Source: Paraspadella gotoi (taxonomy: Eukaryota > Animalia > Chaetognatha). From it: a DNA stretch of 64,000 bases. Shown piece after piece: positions 49,401 through 61,406 of this stretch (the first letter of the stretch is position 1; every line of letters begins with the position of its first letter). The stretch spans positions 26,515,343 to 26,579,342 of the forward strand of contig CM119267.1 in the NCBI GenBank assembly GCA_051294375.1. The letters are read 5' to 3'. The translations under genes and the position numbers were made by a program. The notes under the pieces were generated by a model. That model was not told where the DNA came from and did not search any database. It worked only from the letters and a program-made list of their open reading frames with translations.

Positions 49401-52400
49401 TTTCAGCGGATCAGGTGGTGGAGCGCATTCCCCTCGCTGGCTTCGCGCCCTACGCGATATTTGCGTCCATCCAGGCAAACCGCGTTCAATCGCTGGCTTT
49501 TGGAAGTTCGACGTCGGCTTTTCGTCGAAGCGCGCCGTCCATCTGGCGTGGCTGGACGGCTGCAGGACGCCGCTCCCACCGAGAGGTTGTTTTTCTTCGG
49601 GGAAACGCTCGATCAGAGTTTCGTCAGCGGTCAACGCCGCCTTAATCCGATCCGCCGCACGCCCTCGCTTCTTGATAACGTCGTCAAGGTTCAAAGCGTC
49701 GAAGCCAACCTTCAAGCCGCGAAGAGGCGGCAAGAAGCCCTACTCGTTTCAGAGTCCGGGAAACCGGGAGGACAGGGGAGCCAGCCTGCGAAATGACGGT
49801 TTCTCCGGCCGAGTCAGTTTCGCCCCGTCCTCGTCCGGCGCAGGCCCTCTTCAAGATCGGGATTCGTCAGGTCGGCCGACCTCTCCAATTTTGCACGAAC
49901 ATTTCGGGCTTCGTAAGATCGCCCGATGCGGAGCGATCCCAACCCGGGCGTCGCTCGTCCTGTCGCGACGCGACGGCCATCCGGCTGGAGAGGACGACGC
50001 GGTCGAAGCGGAATCTCCGCCGCCTTGGAGAAGGGGCGGAATCGAAAGGGAGGTAGAGGCCTCTCCGGGTTTTTACCCAGGTTCTTCCTTGTACCGAAGA
50101 AGATGGAGGGTGGAGGCCCATTCCTCAACCTAAGCGTTCTCATACGCGCTTTCCTCACCTCCGTGGTATCCAGTAAGTATCTATTTCAAGGAAGACTGGT
50201 TTCGACGCAATTGCGCCTCAACTCGACCTACGCGACGCTTTATCTCCCCCTTCCGCGCCTTTCACGAGGACCGCATCGAAAGTTTTGTCCGATTCATTTG
50301 GAAGAGGTCGGATCTTCCAGTACAAGTTCTTCCCTCGGTTTGCGACGGTCCGTGGCCTTCATGGATAGACAACGCCGCCCCGCTAGTTTCAATGGCTGAG
50401 GCAGAGCAGGCATTCGTGTCTCTTCGTTCTATAGTCGACGACATCCTCATCCTGGCTTCATCGAAGGCAGGAGGTGTCACCAAGCGACGTGCAAGGCGGT
50501 CCAACGATGCTCTTGGAGCGGGTTTCATCTCCACGGAGAAGTCCGAGCCCGTGACTCCCCGTATCAGTCCTTCGATTTCCTCGGTTTTCATTGGGCAGCG
50601 GTCAGCTTCCATCAGATTTCTCGCTTCCGCCGCCCAAGTTGGAATCGATCCGGAAGTTTAGGCGATCGTCACTCCTCTTCGTCGGTCTTCGTTCCGCCGG
50701 CGCGTTTAGGTCTTCAGTTTCCGACACGCCACGGCGGCCAACGTCGCTCTATCTCTCTCTCCTTGCCCACTCCGCCCGGATCTATTACTCTTTTTTTCGC
50801 GGTTACGGATCGCATTCTGTAAGGTATGCTCGCGTGTACCTCTCCGTCAGTCATACATTCAGGAACGTCTATCTCTTCTACCACTCCGAGAAGGATCTCG
50901 ATCGCCCAATCGCTGTTAGATCTCATCTCTGAGGAGCTAGATGGTGTCATCGTCGTCTTCGCCTGTGAGGACTGCGTCGCGCCGGTGGACGATCTGCCTC
51001 CCAGTAGGATTGCGCCCACGTAGTTGACGATGCAGGATTCGCCCTCCGCTCAGACGCAGGCGTTGGGGCGATCCTTCTCCAGGGAAGTAAGCTCACCCAG
51101 GACCTGGATGGCTGCCCAGATGTCCATCACCACATATGCCGAATGTGAAGCGAGTTCATGGCCTTGTTGAAGATTCTTCCTCTCTTCGATTTACACCATC
51201 CGTATCAAGACCCGGCTCCCACACTTGACACGTTCTGCGACCTTGCTGAGAGAAGCAGATACGAATACTACCACTTGGCTGGTGTAAGCGGCGCGAACCG
51301 ACCCAGTCCCTCCATCTATACCGCCTCTAGCCGGAGCTCTGCCACGTCTGGTCGTGCGAAGGTGAGTCGCTTGCTCGTTTCTCTCGGCGCCCCAAACCAG
51401 TGTTGGCAGTTTGTGCCCGTTCGCGGGAGCTACACTACGACGGTTGTTCCGGGCGCAGGTCTCTGCTGACTCGCCCCACATTCCCTGCCGGGATTCCGGC
51501 CTATCACCGGGCAGTCACGACTGTCGTCAGAGTGCAGAGAAACTTCATCCTCTGCATCGCATGGTAATGACAGGATGCGGCGCTTCCGCGTTCGAGGGAC
51601 GCCTAGCTTGCCGGACTCGATTGGCATCTCCTTCCACTCGCGCATCTCTTCCGTCAGCATCTGCCGAGACCCCTTACGCGCACTTCTCCTCCATCCGATC
51701 TTTTTGCGCCGACGAAGGACTCGACGCGAGGGTGCGGCGTTTCCTGTCTCTTGGAAAAGGCGGAGGCGCCAACGGAGGTGTGTGACGGCCCTCGCCCAGA
51801 TTTGGATCTTTTCGATCGGGCCATTTCTCTTTCCTCCAACCACCTCCTCCCTCCCGAGCGTCATCCTGGGAAGCAGTGCGAGGAGTCGTCGGGGATCTTC
51901 CTTCTGATCGCCCTTTCTGGCCACCAGAGAGTTGGGTTCCCGTCGTTGGTTTGAACCTGAAGATCTCTGGAGGCTGCGACCGCCTTCCGGTCCCGATCGA
52001 GGGCAGGCCCGTCATCGACCTCTCGAAGCACGGATCTCCGCCCCATCCTCTGCCGCAAGGACCGATTGTTCTACAGCTGGTCGTTCTTGGTCAGATTTAC
52101 GGCGGGAACAGCTTATCGTCTGCGAACGAACCTCCGACGACCCTGCAGCGAACTCCCGGCCTTCGACCATTCATTCGCCGAATCATGCTGGAGGACGGCT
52201 CGACGCTGAGATCGTTACCGCTTCGAGCCTGGACTCTCCTTGCGCTCTTTCCCTTCAATTGAAGAGAAGTTCGAGGAACTTGAGCTTCGTCTCTGAAGGA
52301 TGTATCGGGATGAGATACTCGTGGAGTCGCCCATCTCGTTGGGTAGTGGCTTTGTTCGTTAACAGCACGTGCTGAACCTTCACCGCTTCAGGCGAGAATT

Positions 52401-54095
52401 TACGGCCACCTTTGCCGGCCACAGCGTGGTTGTATCGCCTTCTGGGGTTGAGGGAACACCTCGCCATCGGTTCGACTGTTTCTCAAGCGGGACCTCCTCG
52501 AGCGGAGTCCCCCTCACTCGCCGGATGTTTCCTCCGTGGATGCGGGCTGTGGTGTCTACGCGTTTTGGGACTCTGTCGGCCCTCGCCGCCGGTCTGCCCG
52601 ACGTTCTCGGCGCCCTCTCTCTTTTTCTTTTGGCACTCGCTGTCGGCCAGCGAGGCCGTCGGAGGATAGTTTCGCCTCAAGTGTTGATCAGCCCAGCTGC
52701 TCGCTCGCCTCGCGGATCATGGGCGTTTTTGTTATCGTCCAAGGCTTTCCAAGTACATGATCGCGTTGGGCACATGGGGCCCTTCCTTCAGGCGTGGACC
52801 GCCCTGCCTGGCGTCATCGCGTTGCCCATGCGGCTTCTGAGGGAGTGGCTTCGAGTCCCCGCGAATGTTTAGCGCCGTCTCACGCTTTTCCTTTTCTGCG
52901 CTCCACCTACTCTCGCCGCCCTTTACTCCGTTTTCGCCTCAACGTGTCTTGCGGCGGATCCTAAGGCGGCTCTTTTTGGAGCGCGAATGTCGACGCTCCG
53001 CCAGGATCTACTCGCTGCCATGGCGGCTCCCGGAAGCCTTCGCCCGCGTGGCGTCGATCTCGGCCCGTCATTCTCAGGGCGGAGACTGGTCCGGAGATTT
53101 CAGACCTCTTCTTCCGGTTTTACTTCTAGGACTTCTCATGGGGCGCTTCGTTTGGCGTTTCTCGGGACTAGTTGCACGCGTCCCCCGCTTCAGCAGCACT
53201 TTCGACATGTATCTGATGCAGCCGTCTGGACTGGGCCCCTGCAGGGCAGGCTCTGCCTGCCGCTGAGGACCGGGAAGCAGATTGTTTTATTCGTGCTTGA
53301 CTTTTGTTTTCTTGCTTTCAGCATGTCTCTGGTCACAGGCGGGGTGTCTCGCCTTTTGGCGGAGACAATAAGGCTAATGTGGGGGTTTCGATTAAGAATC
53401 ATAATGCGCATTCAGAAATTACAGATTTTTTAAGGGTTCTTGTAGAGCTTAAAAAGTTAAATGAAAGTTAGTACTATAATTTTTTCAAATTTTGACAATA
53501 AATTGGTTAAAAATAGAAAAAACTTTAAAAAATCATCATCATTATTGGCTGAATTTTATTTTTTTAAATTTTTCATTAATAAAACAAAAAAATTTTAAAA
53601 AGTTGTATTAATATTAAAGCTCTATCAGAATCTATAAAAAAAATTGATAAGCAAAATTTTCGAAATTATTTGCATTTTCATATTATTTAATAGTCGCTTA
53701 ACCATTATTTATTTGAGAGAACTTCTAGTTTTCAACCTGTTCCGGCCTAATATCTAATAAGGTGGGCCAAAATTGAACACTTTTATAACTTCTAGTTCTC
53801 TTTAAAATTTTTTTTTTCCTTTTACAACTAAATCGATTTTCAATGTATTTTTTTGAATTAGTTCATTGGGTTGTTGCACTGAAGCTTTAATATATAATAA
53901 TTATATAAAGTTTTGATGGAATTGTGCCAGTGGAAATGAGTTTAGATGGAAAAAACATAAGTCACATTTACTTGAATCTTTAATATTAATGATTACTAAT
54001 AAATGTTTTAATTAATTAATTAATTAATTAATGTGAAAAAATATGCATGTTAAAAAAATCTTAAAAGCATAAAGATCGTCGCAATTGCATAAAAA

Positions 54096-54126
<31 letters not shown>

Positions 54127-57100
54127 CAAAATAAAATAGAGGATATTTGTTTGTTTTGATAAAATGTAAACAAAACATATTTAATAACTGTCCTAACCCA
54201 ATTTTAAGGACATCGATGATGATAAGTTGAATATAAATTTAAAATTAATTATTACATATTAAAATTAATTAATTAATCGATTAATTAATTATCGTAGGCA
54301 GATCCGACATTGTTTGCTCAAACTTGTTGATATAAATACAAGTTTTTATATTTAGCCTATTTTGAAGTTGAATTGAATGACCCTTTTTCTTAAAGATAGT
54401 GATTATGAGCTTCTATCTTTTTTAAAATTTAATAGCTATCATTGATATTTTTATTATAATTAATTCTGTGTCTTTCTTTACTTTATTAGTGCATCCTATG
54501 TATTGAAATAAGATTAGAATATTAAGTTTTAATTGTTTTCCTTCTTTTTTTGCATTTATATTATCAAATAAGCTAAGTCTCTAAATTAACCGATTTTAAC
54601 CGTTAACGCGGCCAGGCGAATCCAGTAGCCAGGCGCTATGCTACCCATGCAGTACATATGGGTGGGGGCCTCACTGTGGGGTGATGTCAGGTCAGGTTTA
54701 ACATTTGTTCCCGTTATCTTCTTTTTGTTGTCTTTATGAAAATTTGCAAATTACTTGTTTCACTATTTTCTATTTTCATAATTAATATTTTAATATTTTT
54801 ATGAAGGATTTAGTATTTAATCTATATTATTTAATCAAACATATATTGCTTTCTTTTTTTAAAAAAATGTTTTATTTATATAATAATTCAATTTGGGAAG
54901 GGGAAGTCAGTGTTGTCTTCTGGAAATAGAGGGAGCATCTATACAACACAAGGTTAGATTACTATCTGTCCTAGTTTTCTAATAGATATCACACATTATC
55001 CTCTTCACAGATCGAAAATGGCACTACGTGATTTTGGACGAGGGTCACAAGATCCGCAATCCCGATGCTCAGGTGACGCTTTCCGTGAAGCGTCTAAAAA
55101 CTCCTCATCGACTCGTCATGTCTGGGACGCCAATACAGAACAACCTCAAAGAACTCTGGAGTCTTTTTGATTTTGTTTTCCCCGGAAAACTAGGAACTCT
55201 GCCCGCGTTTATGACCCACTTCGCCGTGCCTATCGTCCAGGGCGGTTACGCAAGCGCTTCTGAAATACAGGGTGAGTCTCAAAGCGGTGAATTCGAACGG
55301 CATTGTGCCTCATTTCCTTCCGTCCCCCCACGACGGATAGTTATGACATCCTACAAGTGCGCCTGCGTCCTCCGCGACACAATCAGCCCTTATCTCCTTC
55401 GACGAATGAAGTCTGATTTGAGTTCTTCGCTCAAAATGCCGGGGAAGACGGAACAAGTCCTCTTCTGCCGTCTTACTCCAGAACAGGTCTGATCTTTTCA
55501 GAGCGGTCTTTTTAATAAAATTGAAATAACTAACAAAGCGCCGACTTACGCTGCAGGTCCGCGTCTATAAGCAGTACCAGGACTCAGAGCAGTGCCAAGC
55601 CATTTTGCGTGGCAACTACAAAGTCTTCGTCGGTCTGATCACTCTCAGGAAAATATGCAATCATCCTGATTTGGCATCAGGTTAGAAGAGAAGTCTCAAA
55701 AAATTAAACAAGCTTTTATCTTTATTCGTTTAAAAATGTCCTCAATTTCATTTTGTCCGAAGGTGGCCCTCGACTTTTAAAAGGAGAAAACATCAAAGAC
55801 AAAGAAACTGAGTTCGGTTATTTTAAGAGAAGCGGAAAGTTGGTCGTCGTCGACGCTTTGCTTAAATTATGGAGAAAGCAAGGTAAGGCGAGACAAGAAA
55901 AAGGTAAGCATGTGAGTTTAAAGGAAAGCGGCAGAAGGTCTGGTTACTGGTAAGTACTAAGTATTAAGGCGTAGTAAAATTCCTAAATTTAACTTTAATT
56001 AAAATTCTAAAAGTGAGGAACGAATAACATTATATATTTTTTTATCACATAAATGTTCATTAGAACATTTATGTAAAAAAAAAATTTCTAAAAGATTTTA
56101 CAATTTACGCAGTAGACCATATTTATACTCGTACTAAACCAATAAATGTTAGAAGACGTTTTAGATTGTTTAAACAACGATTTTATTATTATAAGACGGA
56201 CATGTTTCGGCTTTAGTCATACAAGCCTTCATCGGCGTCAATGATATTTGTGAATTTCTAAAAAGAGTTTGTGCAAAGGAAAATGAGAGAGAGAAATAGA
56301 GAGGGCAAAGTTTCCAACACAGAGTTGAGAGAAGAATAGTGGTCAGATGTGAGGACAGGTTAAGGTGAAGATAGAATGAGTAAGATTGTGAAAAAGAAAC
56401 TTAATGGTGAAAAATTGAGAGAGAGAGAGAGAGAGAGAGAACATTTGAAAAACAATACATTGTGTAATGTACAACAAAGATAAATTGTTTAAACTAATGG
56501 TGAAATAAATATTTTAACAATTAACTACTGATAAATAACAGAATGTGAAAATTGAAAAATGAAAAAGTGAAATTTGAGAGATTTGTGAATTAAGTATTAA
56601 TATGAAATAAAGTGAAAGTTCAAGGATTAAGAAAGAGCTCAAAGTGAGCTGGTCCCCTTTGGTTGAAGCAAATGAAGGGTCTTGACGATGTGGTCGAGTT
56701 ATTGACGCGTCAATAGCTGAGAGGTCATGTTGGTTGAGCCTGTGTATGTTGGACTGGGGAGGCTTCCTTGCGGGAAGAGTCCAAAGGCTACCCTAATGTC
56801 TCTCTGGCCTGGTACACCTGTCGACTGCCCTCTTCTCGCCTGCTGGCGAGATGGGTGGTTGTCCGTTCTTTCCGTTTTGGCGACATGAGTTGTGGACTCC
56901 TCCCCTTCCTCCTGCAGCCGCCTTTTGGGTGGACGCTCACTAGGGTGGAGTGATAAAAAGATTGAGCGATGGAACAATATTTTTTTGCTGCCTTTGTATA
57001 TGTAATAAAAAATAATTAAACCCTTTTTCAAAAAAAATTTGCATAACAGTATCATTAATTGAATTTTCTTTATAGTAATATCCTTAAAAAATCATAAAAT

Positions 57101-60100
57101 TTCAAAATCATATTTTTTTAATTTTAAAAACAGTTTTGGATTCGCCGGAAAAAACTGAAAAACTTTTGTAAAATATGTTACATGATATTTTTAGGTTAAA
57201 GCTGCGAAACATGTCTGTCTTATAATAATAAAATCGTTGTTTAAACAATCTAAAACGTCCTCTATCATCCAAATACAACGAAACGAAAGGAAATAACGAT
57301 GACCAATAAATGTTAAAATTTCAAAACAGTTTTTTCTAAGATTTTTTGGCAGATTTGTATACGTCATAAAAAGTGGATGAAAAGAAATATAACTCTTTTT
57401 GAAAAATTCCTTCATTAAGTGGGTCAAAAATTAGAAAAAGCTATATTTTAAGCTGAAAATTAACTTTTAGTCGGATCTGCTTTCAGCAGATCCCGACTCT
57501 ATAATTTCCGATGCTCCTCGTGAATCGGGAGATGGAGATAAGCATCTCGAAGGTCTATCGAGGCACCCCAATCGCCTCGTCGAAACATCCTTCGTACGTC
57601 CGGGGCTCCTTCCATCCGGAAATAAGGCGGCGAAAGGAACCGAGAGTTGAGCTTCTTTAAGTTCAAAATCGGGCGCCAGCCTCCATCCTTCTTCGGAACG
57701 AGGAAGATCTTGGAAAAGAAACCCGGAGAAGCCGGGACTTCTTCGATGGCGTTCTTCTCCAATGCCGCCGCGATCTCCGCGTCGACCAAGGCGTCTCGGT
57801 CTCCAAAGGATGGCGTCTCGTCCGAGGGAAGAGGGAGGCGTGTAGGAATCTGCTTCGCCCCCTCGAGGCGGAACCCCGAGATGTTGTCGAGAATGGGCGA
57901 CGTCTCGCCAACGAGCGTCGTCCAAAAGGGTCGAAAGAGACGAAGCCGACCTCCGACGGGGACTTCCGGAAGAAGCGCCGGCGTGGAAAGGTCCGCGTCG
58001 AGACTCGAGTCCATGGGCGGATCCAGGCCTAAAACCGGGACGGTCGGACGAGGCGGTGACTGCGAGGGAGGCGTTTCGAGTCATTCGCCGGGACGCGATC
58101 CCGGCCCTTCCCGTTTCCCGACTTCTTGCGGGGAGCAGACTTCTTGGTCCACTTGCGCTTGAAGGAAGGCTTCGAGCGGAAACGAGGTCGCTTTGTCGCA
58201 GCGGGTTTTGCGCGTGCGACGTTTCGTAGAAGCGTCGAGTGAGCGCCGACGCCACCTGCGCTTCCTGATCGCCAAAAAAGGAAGAGGCGGTGGCGCGGAG
58301 CGAAGAGAGCGTGGCGCGGAGATCCTGCGGCGCACAGCGAGAACTTGGCGGCGGATCTCGCCGACAGAATGGTTGAGAGACGCCGCCTGAATAAGCGCCG
58401 CGTCGCGAAGCGGGGCGGCAAGGGCGTTCCACACTCGCGATGACCTCATCTCTGGGCGAGCCGGAACGGAGAGCCTCCTTGATTCCGCGCAGCTCATCGG
58501 CAACTGTAAGGATGGCATGCGCGGGTAGCGCCGTTCTCCTGCATCGCACGAGAAAGGGAGCGGAGAGTAGCCGCGTTATCCCCTTGGAAAACGCCGACTC
58601 GAATTGAGCGGAGAGGCACGTGTCCGGCGTCGGAGCGGTGAACTCGGCGGAGAAGCGACGTCGATCCAGTGGCGTATTCTGCCGGCCGCTGGGCGTCCCA
58701 GCGCGTTCCAGTTGGCCGTGAGGATCCCCTTCCCCAACGCAGCGAAGGGAACCCACATGTCACGAAACCATGGCGATGGAACCGGCGCCGACCTGCTCGT
58801 GGGCAGGAAGTCGTCGAAACCGCCGACGTCGTCGTCCGAAGACGAACTCTCCCTCCTCCGCCGAATCGAGAGAGTACTCGGCGTCCGGATCCGGCACGTG
58901 TGGGATCGATGACGCTTGGGTAGAGGCGAGACGTGCGACGGTCCGAGGCAGGCGCCCGATCTGAGAGGGCCGCCTACTGGAGTCAGAACAGCATGGAAGG
59001 AAATCGAGACGAATCAAATGAGCGCAAGCGTAGTGGAGAGTAAAACCGGACCCATATAGATCGTCACATGTAAAAAAATGTAAGCGGTAAACAAATTAGC
59101 GCGGAGATTAAACGGAAAAACTCCCGAACCCCCCCCTCCCTTCTCCCCAACCCCTTTCCCTAAGCCACGCCAAAGCCACGAAAACATGGTAGAAGACAAA
59201 CAAGGGTGGATGGTGGGATCGTGGCGAGGCGGACCGATATAGAATTAATATTCCATAAAGGAATTAAAAATTCTCATATCGGTCCGCCTCGCCACGAAAT
59301 GCCCCATGCCAAGAGGCGTAGGAAAGCGGTTATTTCAACAAAATATTTCGATCGAATAGACGAAATAAAAATTCTAAAATTCCAAAATTCGAAAACTTCG
59401 AAAAAAGAAGAAAGAAATAAAGGAGAAACAAAAGAGGAGAGCGAGGCGTTTGAAAAACGAGCTAAAAAAACCCACTACGCCACCTGGCGGGAAAAACTCA
59501 CCGCTCCAAAGCGTCGAAACGCCGCTGAGACTCGCGGCGAAGATCGTCGAAATCCTTCCTAAAGCTGTTCTTTAGTGACGAAACCATCGTCGTAAGGACA
59601 GACTCCAGTCCTCTGGTCTCGTCGCCGGCAGTGGGGACGACCAGACCGGCGCCCACTTGGTCCGAGCGCAGCGTGAGAGGGCGCCTCGGACGAAGCCCCA
59701 CCGCTCGGCCGGGCAACGGAACTGTCGGTTGGTAACGGCCAGTCCCCAAAACGACGGAATCGGGCTGCCGAAAACCGCGTAAGAGGGGAGAATGCGCGGC
59801 GGTGGGGAGGTGCGGGCGGGGGGCAAGACCGCTCGGTCTCTCTTGGACCTCTCAACACACCCCGAGGGATCTCAAACCCTCTCTACGTTTAGAGACTTGT
59901 CCGAACGTTTTCGGCTGTCAGACTGCTTGTCCGAACGTTCATCTCTGCTTGAAGACATAGTATGAGCGGATTTCGAACGTAGATATACAGAGAAATCGTG
60001 AAAAAGTCAAGAAAAAACGCGAAATCTGAAAGGTGATACCAAACTAGTTGAGCGCGAAAAAAGAATTGAGGATCTGTTCCGTATGGGAGGGAGCCGGCTT

Positions 60101-61406
60101 CGTGGATGCCGGGCTCCCATTGGTCGGGCCGGTCAAGTGACGGCTTCCCCCTGGATTTTCTTTTTTTCATCTTTCGATGTTATTTTTTTCGTTTTTCTGA
60201 CTCTGATAACGCGCGATCTATCGACTAGCGCGAACAAAAGGGCATTTCGTGGCGAGGCGGACCGATATAGAATTAATATTCCATAAAGGAATTAAAAATT
60301 CACTTTGTCGGTCCGCCCCTCAATCTTGTCGGGCATCACTTATATCATCTCAGAACATCGAATTATGATAAATTATGCGAAAAAAAGGATGTCTGTCCTT
60401 CGTCCATCCGTCCCAACTGAACAAAAATCTCCAATTACTCAACAGTCGCAATTGGCATGGATGGATTGGAATGAAATGAAATTTTGTGTGTGGGTAGAAA
60501 TGTGTGTGATTAAACTGGAAATCAAGTTTCGAAGGAATCGTTTGAGTGGAAATGAGTTTAAATGGAAAAAACAAAGAACCTAATTGATTATGCTTCTTTT
60601 TCTTTTTATTTTAAATGTAAATGCAAGATGTATTAATTAATCAAATAATTAATTAGTTAATCAATTAGTCAATTAATCAATAATTAATTAATCAGTTAAT
60701 TAAACAAAACAAACATTTTGGATCAAATTAATTAATTAATTGCATAATTAAAGAAATAATTAACTTGAATAAATTGATTATTAATTAATTAAATAATTAA
60801 TTATTTATTAATTTATTAATTACCGATAATGATCGTGGGCAGATCCGACATTGTTTGCTCAAACTTGTTATATATTAAACCCACTTAATGAAAGAATTTT
60901 TAAAAATGATTTATATTTTCTTTTATCAACTTTTGACGAGGAATTCAAATCTGCAATCAAAATTAAAAAAAGCTTATTTTGAAATTTTTCGATTTTATAA
61001 GGATAGTACTATATATAAATATAGCCTACTGCGAAAAATTAAAAAAAAAATTAATTTTTTTTTACAAATTAATGTTCACTGATGGTATGTTGTTCATAAT
61101 TAACTTTTAGAATTTTCGTATGTAACTTTAACTACGCCTTACTACGTATCAACACTTCGCTTGAAACCAAACTCTTTGTTTTAAAGTTATCAAATGCTTC
61201 ACTAAGAAACGATGTATAAACGATTGTACATAATATTTATTTGATATAATTTGTACTTAGGTCATCGAGTGCTGATTTTTTCCCAGTCTCGCGAGATGCT
61301 CAACGTCTTAGAAAAGTTCGTCCTGGACGCTGACTACTCCTACCTTCGCCTCGACGGCGCCACCGGCGTCGGCGTCCGTCAAAATCTCATCAATCGCTTT
61401 AACCAG
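34427..61406 (+). CDS. ERCC6: ERCC6/CSB SNF2-family ATPase; exons 34427(or 34382)-34581, 39814-40227, 40325-41015, 41080-41314, 43548-43643, 55011-55271, 55341-55486, 55557-55680, 55763-55882, 61261-61406; continues beyond the window
   Basis: CSB-type motifs [108 protein letters not shown]. All junctions are GT-AG and phase-compatible. Exon 1 is the least certain. Confidence 0.95.
34848..36947 (+). repeat. Two ~165-bp direct repeats (34848-35012, 36783-36947) around two unassigned overlapping ORFs
   Basis: gcagaggaggatttagcctg...cccctcaag occurs twice. Confidence 0.7.
37912..38088 (+). mobile_element. Penelope-type solo pLTR with inverted partial copy
   Basis: Perfect 53-bp inverted repeat, hammerhead core at the tip, tail, and 12-bp TSD tatatctttaac. 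Confidence 0.85.
37961..38004 (+). ncRNA. Minimal type I hammerhead ribozyme
   Basis: gucg-CUGAAGA-a-[gacucuu aaua aagaguu]-GAAAC-uu-GUC^cgac; predicted cleavage after 38000. Confidence 0.75.
38476..39454. mobile_element. hAT-like MITE
   Basis: Termini c(t)GGGTTGGCA...TGCCAACCCTG with gggttttt subterminal repeats; no clear TSD. Confidence 0.65.
39586..39666 (-). ncRNA. Twister ribozyme, type P5 permutation (family 2)
   Basis: guuggc-aaa-gcga-GACC-guccuaggg-U^AA-ccgc-GCC-[agugac uggaggc gucacu]-gaggg-UCGGAAGC-ccuc-aaa-gccaac. Confidence 0.75.
41788..41992 (+). mobile_element. ~205-bp repeat: terminal hairpin, subTIRs, tRNA-like head and twister (copy 1)
   Basis: Near-identical to 63714-63920; A-box-like tggtgccggagg, B-box-like ggttctagccc, inverted aaccgttca/tgaacggtt. 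Confidence 0.85.
41893..41966 (+). ncRNA. Twister ribozyme, type P5 permutation (family 1, copy 1)
   Basis: agcaguu-ua-gagg-GACG-gggcgcu-U^AA-ccc-GCC-[uguaac ucggu guuaca]-gc-cuga-UCCGAAGC-ucg-gacugcu; predicted cleavage at 41917/41918. Confidence 0.7.
42535..42790. repeat. ~19-21-bp minisatellite (ttttttcaacttgcatac / aaaaaagtattcatacttt)
   Basis: Seen directly. Confidence 0.85.
43657..45212 (-). mobile_element. DINE-1/HINE-like element carrying an 18-bp minisatellite
   Basis: Both family termini are present in reverse orientation; it begins 13 nt after the ERCC6 exon 5 donor. Confidence 0.75.
43745..44697. repeat. 18-bp minisatellite (ggcataatttggtcaact)n, about 50 units
   Basis: Seen directly; a sub-block of variant units (gacttaatttgttcaact) is present. 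Confidence 0.95.
45421..46395 (+). mobile_element. DINE-1/HINE-like element head-to-head with the previous copy; a family 3' end occurs at 54292-54328
   Basis: 5' hairpin, (GTCC)n, ~150-bp units and a short inverted copy of the 18-bp array. Confidence 0.7.
47499..53428 (+). mobile_element. Full-length DIRS1-like retrotransposon (element A), frameshifted, in ERCC6 intron 5
   Basis: ~215-bp imperfect ITRs (47499-47712 / ~53174-53390) plus a right extension to ~53428; ICR at 48462-48549; RT motifs [28 protein letters not shown] (~50020-50130) followed by RNase H/YR-like remnants. Confidence 0.9.
56152..57301 (-). mobile_element. Penelope-like insertion with inverted pLTRs and mutated hammerhead
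   Basis: 14-bp TSD accaataaatgtta; ~60-bp inverted repeat (~56150-56208 / ~57206-57265); minus-strand cCGAUGAaggcuu...aagccGAAACAUGUC. Confidence 0.75.
57465..60869 (+). mobile_element. DINE-1/HINE-like element split by DIRS element B
   Basis: actctataatt|cactttg is contiguous in the uninterrupted copy near 63010; 3' signature ends at 60869. Confidence 0.8.
57507..60300 (-). mobile_element. 3'-truncated DIRS1-like retrotransposon (element B): terminus, ICR, gag, first third of RT
   Basis: ORF 57499..58014: [10 protein letters not shown]...[26 protein letters not shown]...[14 protein letters not shown]; junction-like repeat at 59219-59304. Confidence 0.92.

Larger units (their letters stand above)
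55968..61138. mobile_element. Long-TIR foldback element (Kolobok-like ends) hosting nested insertions
   Basis: ttaa-GGCGTAGT...ACTACGCC-tta; arms 55968-56137 plus ~57316-57425 are an imperfect inverse of ~60880-61138. Confidence 0.6.

Noticed and set aside
43644-55010. Parallel to the primate CSB-PGBD3 fusion (transposon in ERCC6 intron 5)
   Set aside because: Different intron position (inside the ATPase region here), different TE class, and no intact trap ORF.
56745-56950. GC-rich structured segment as another ribozyme
   Set aside because: Hairpins are present but I found no twister, hammerhead or HDV core on either strand.
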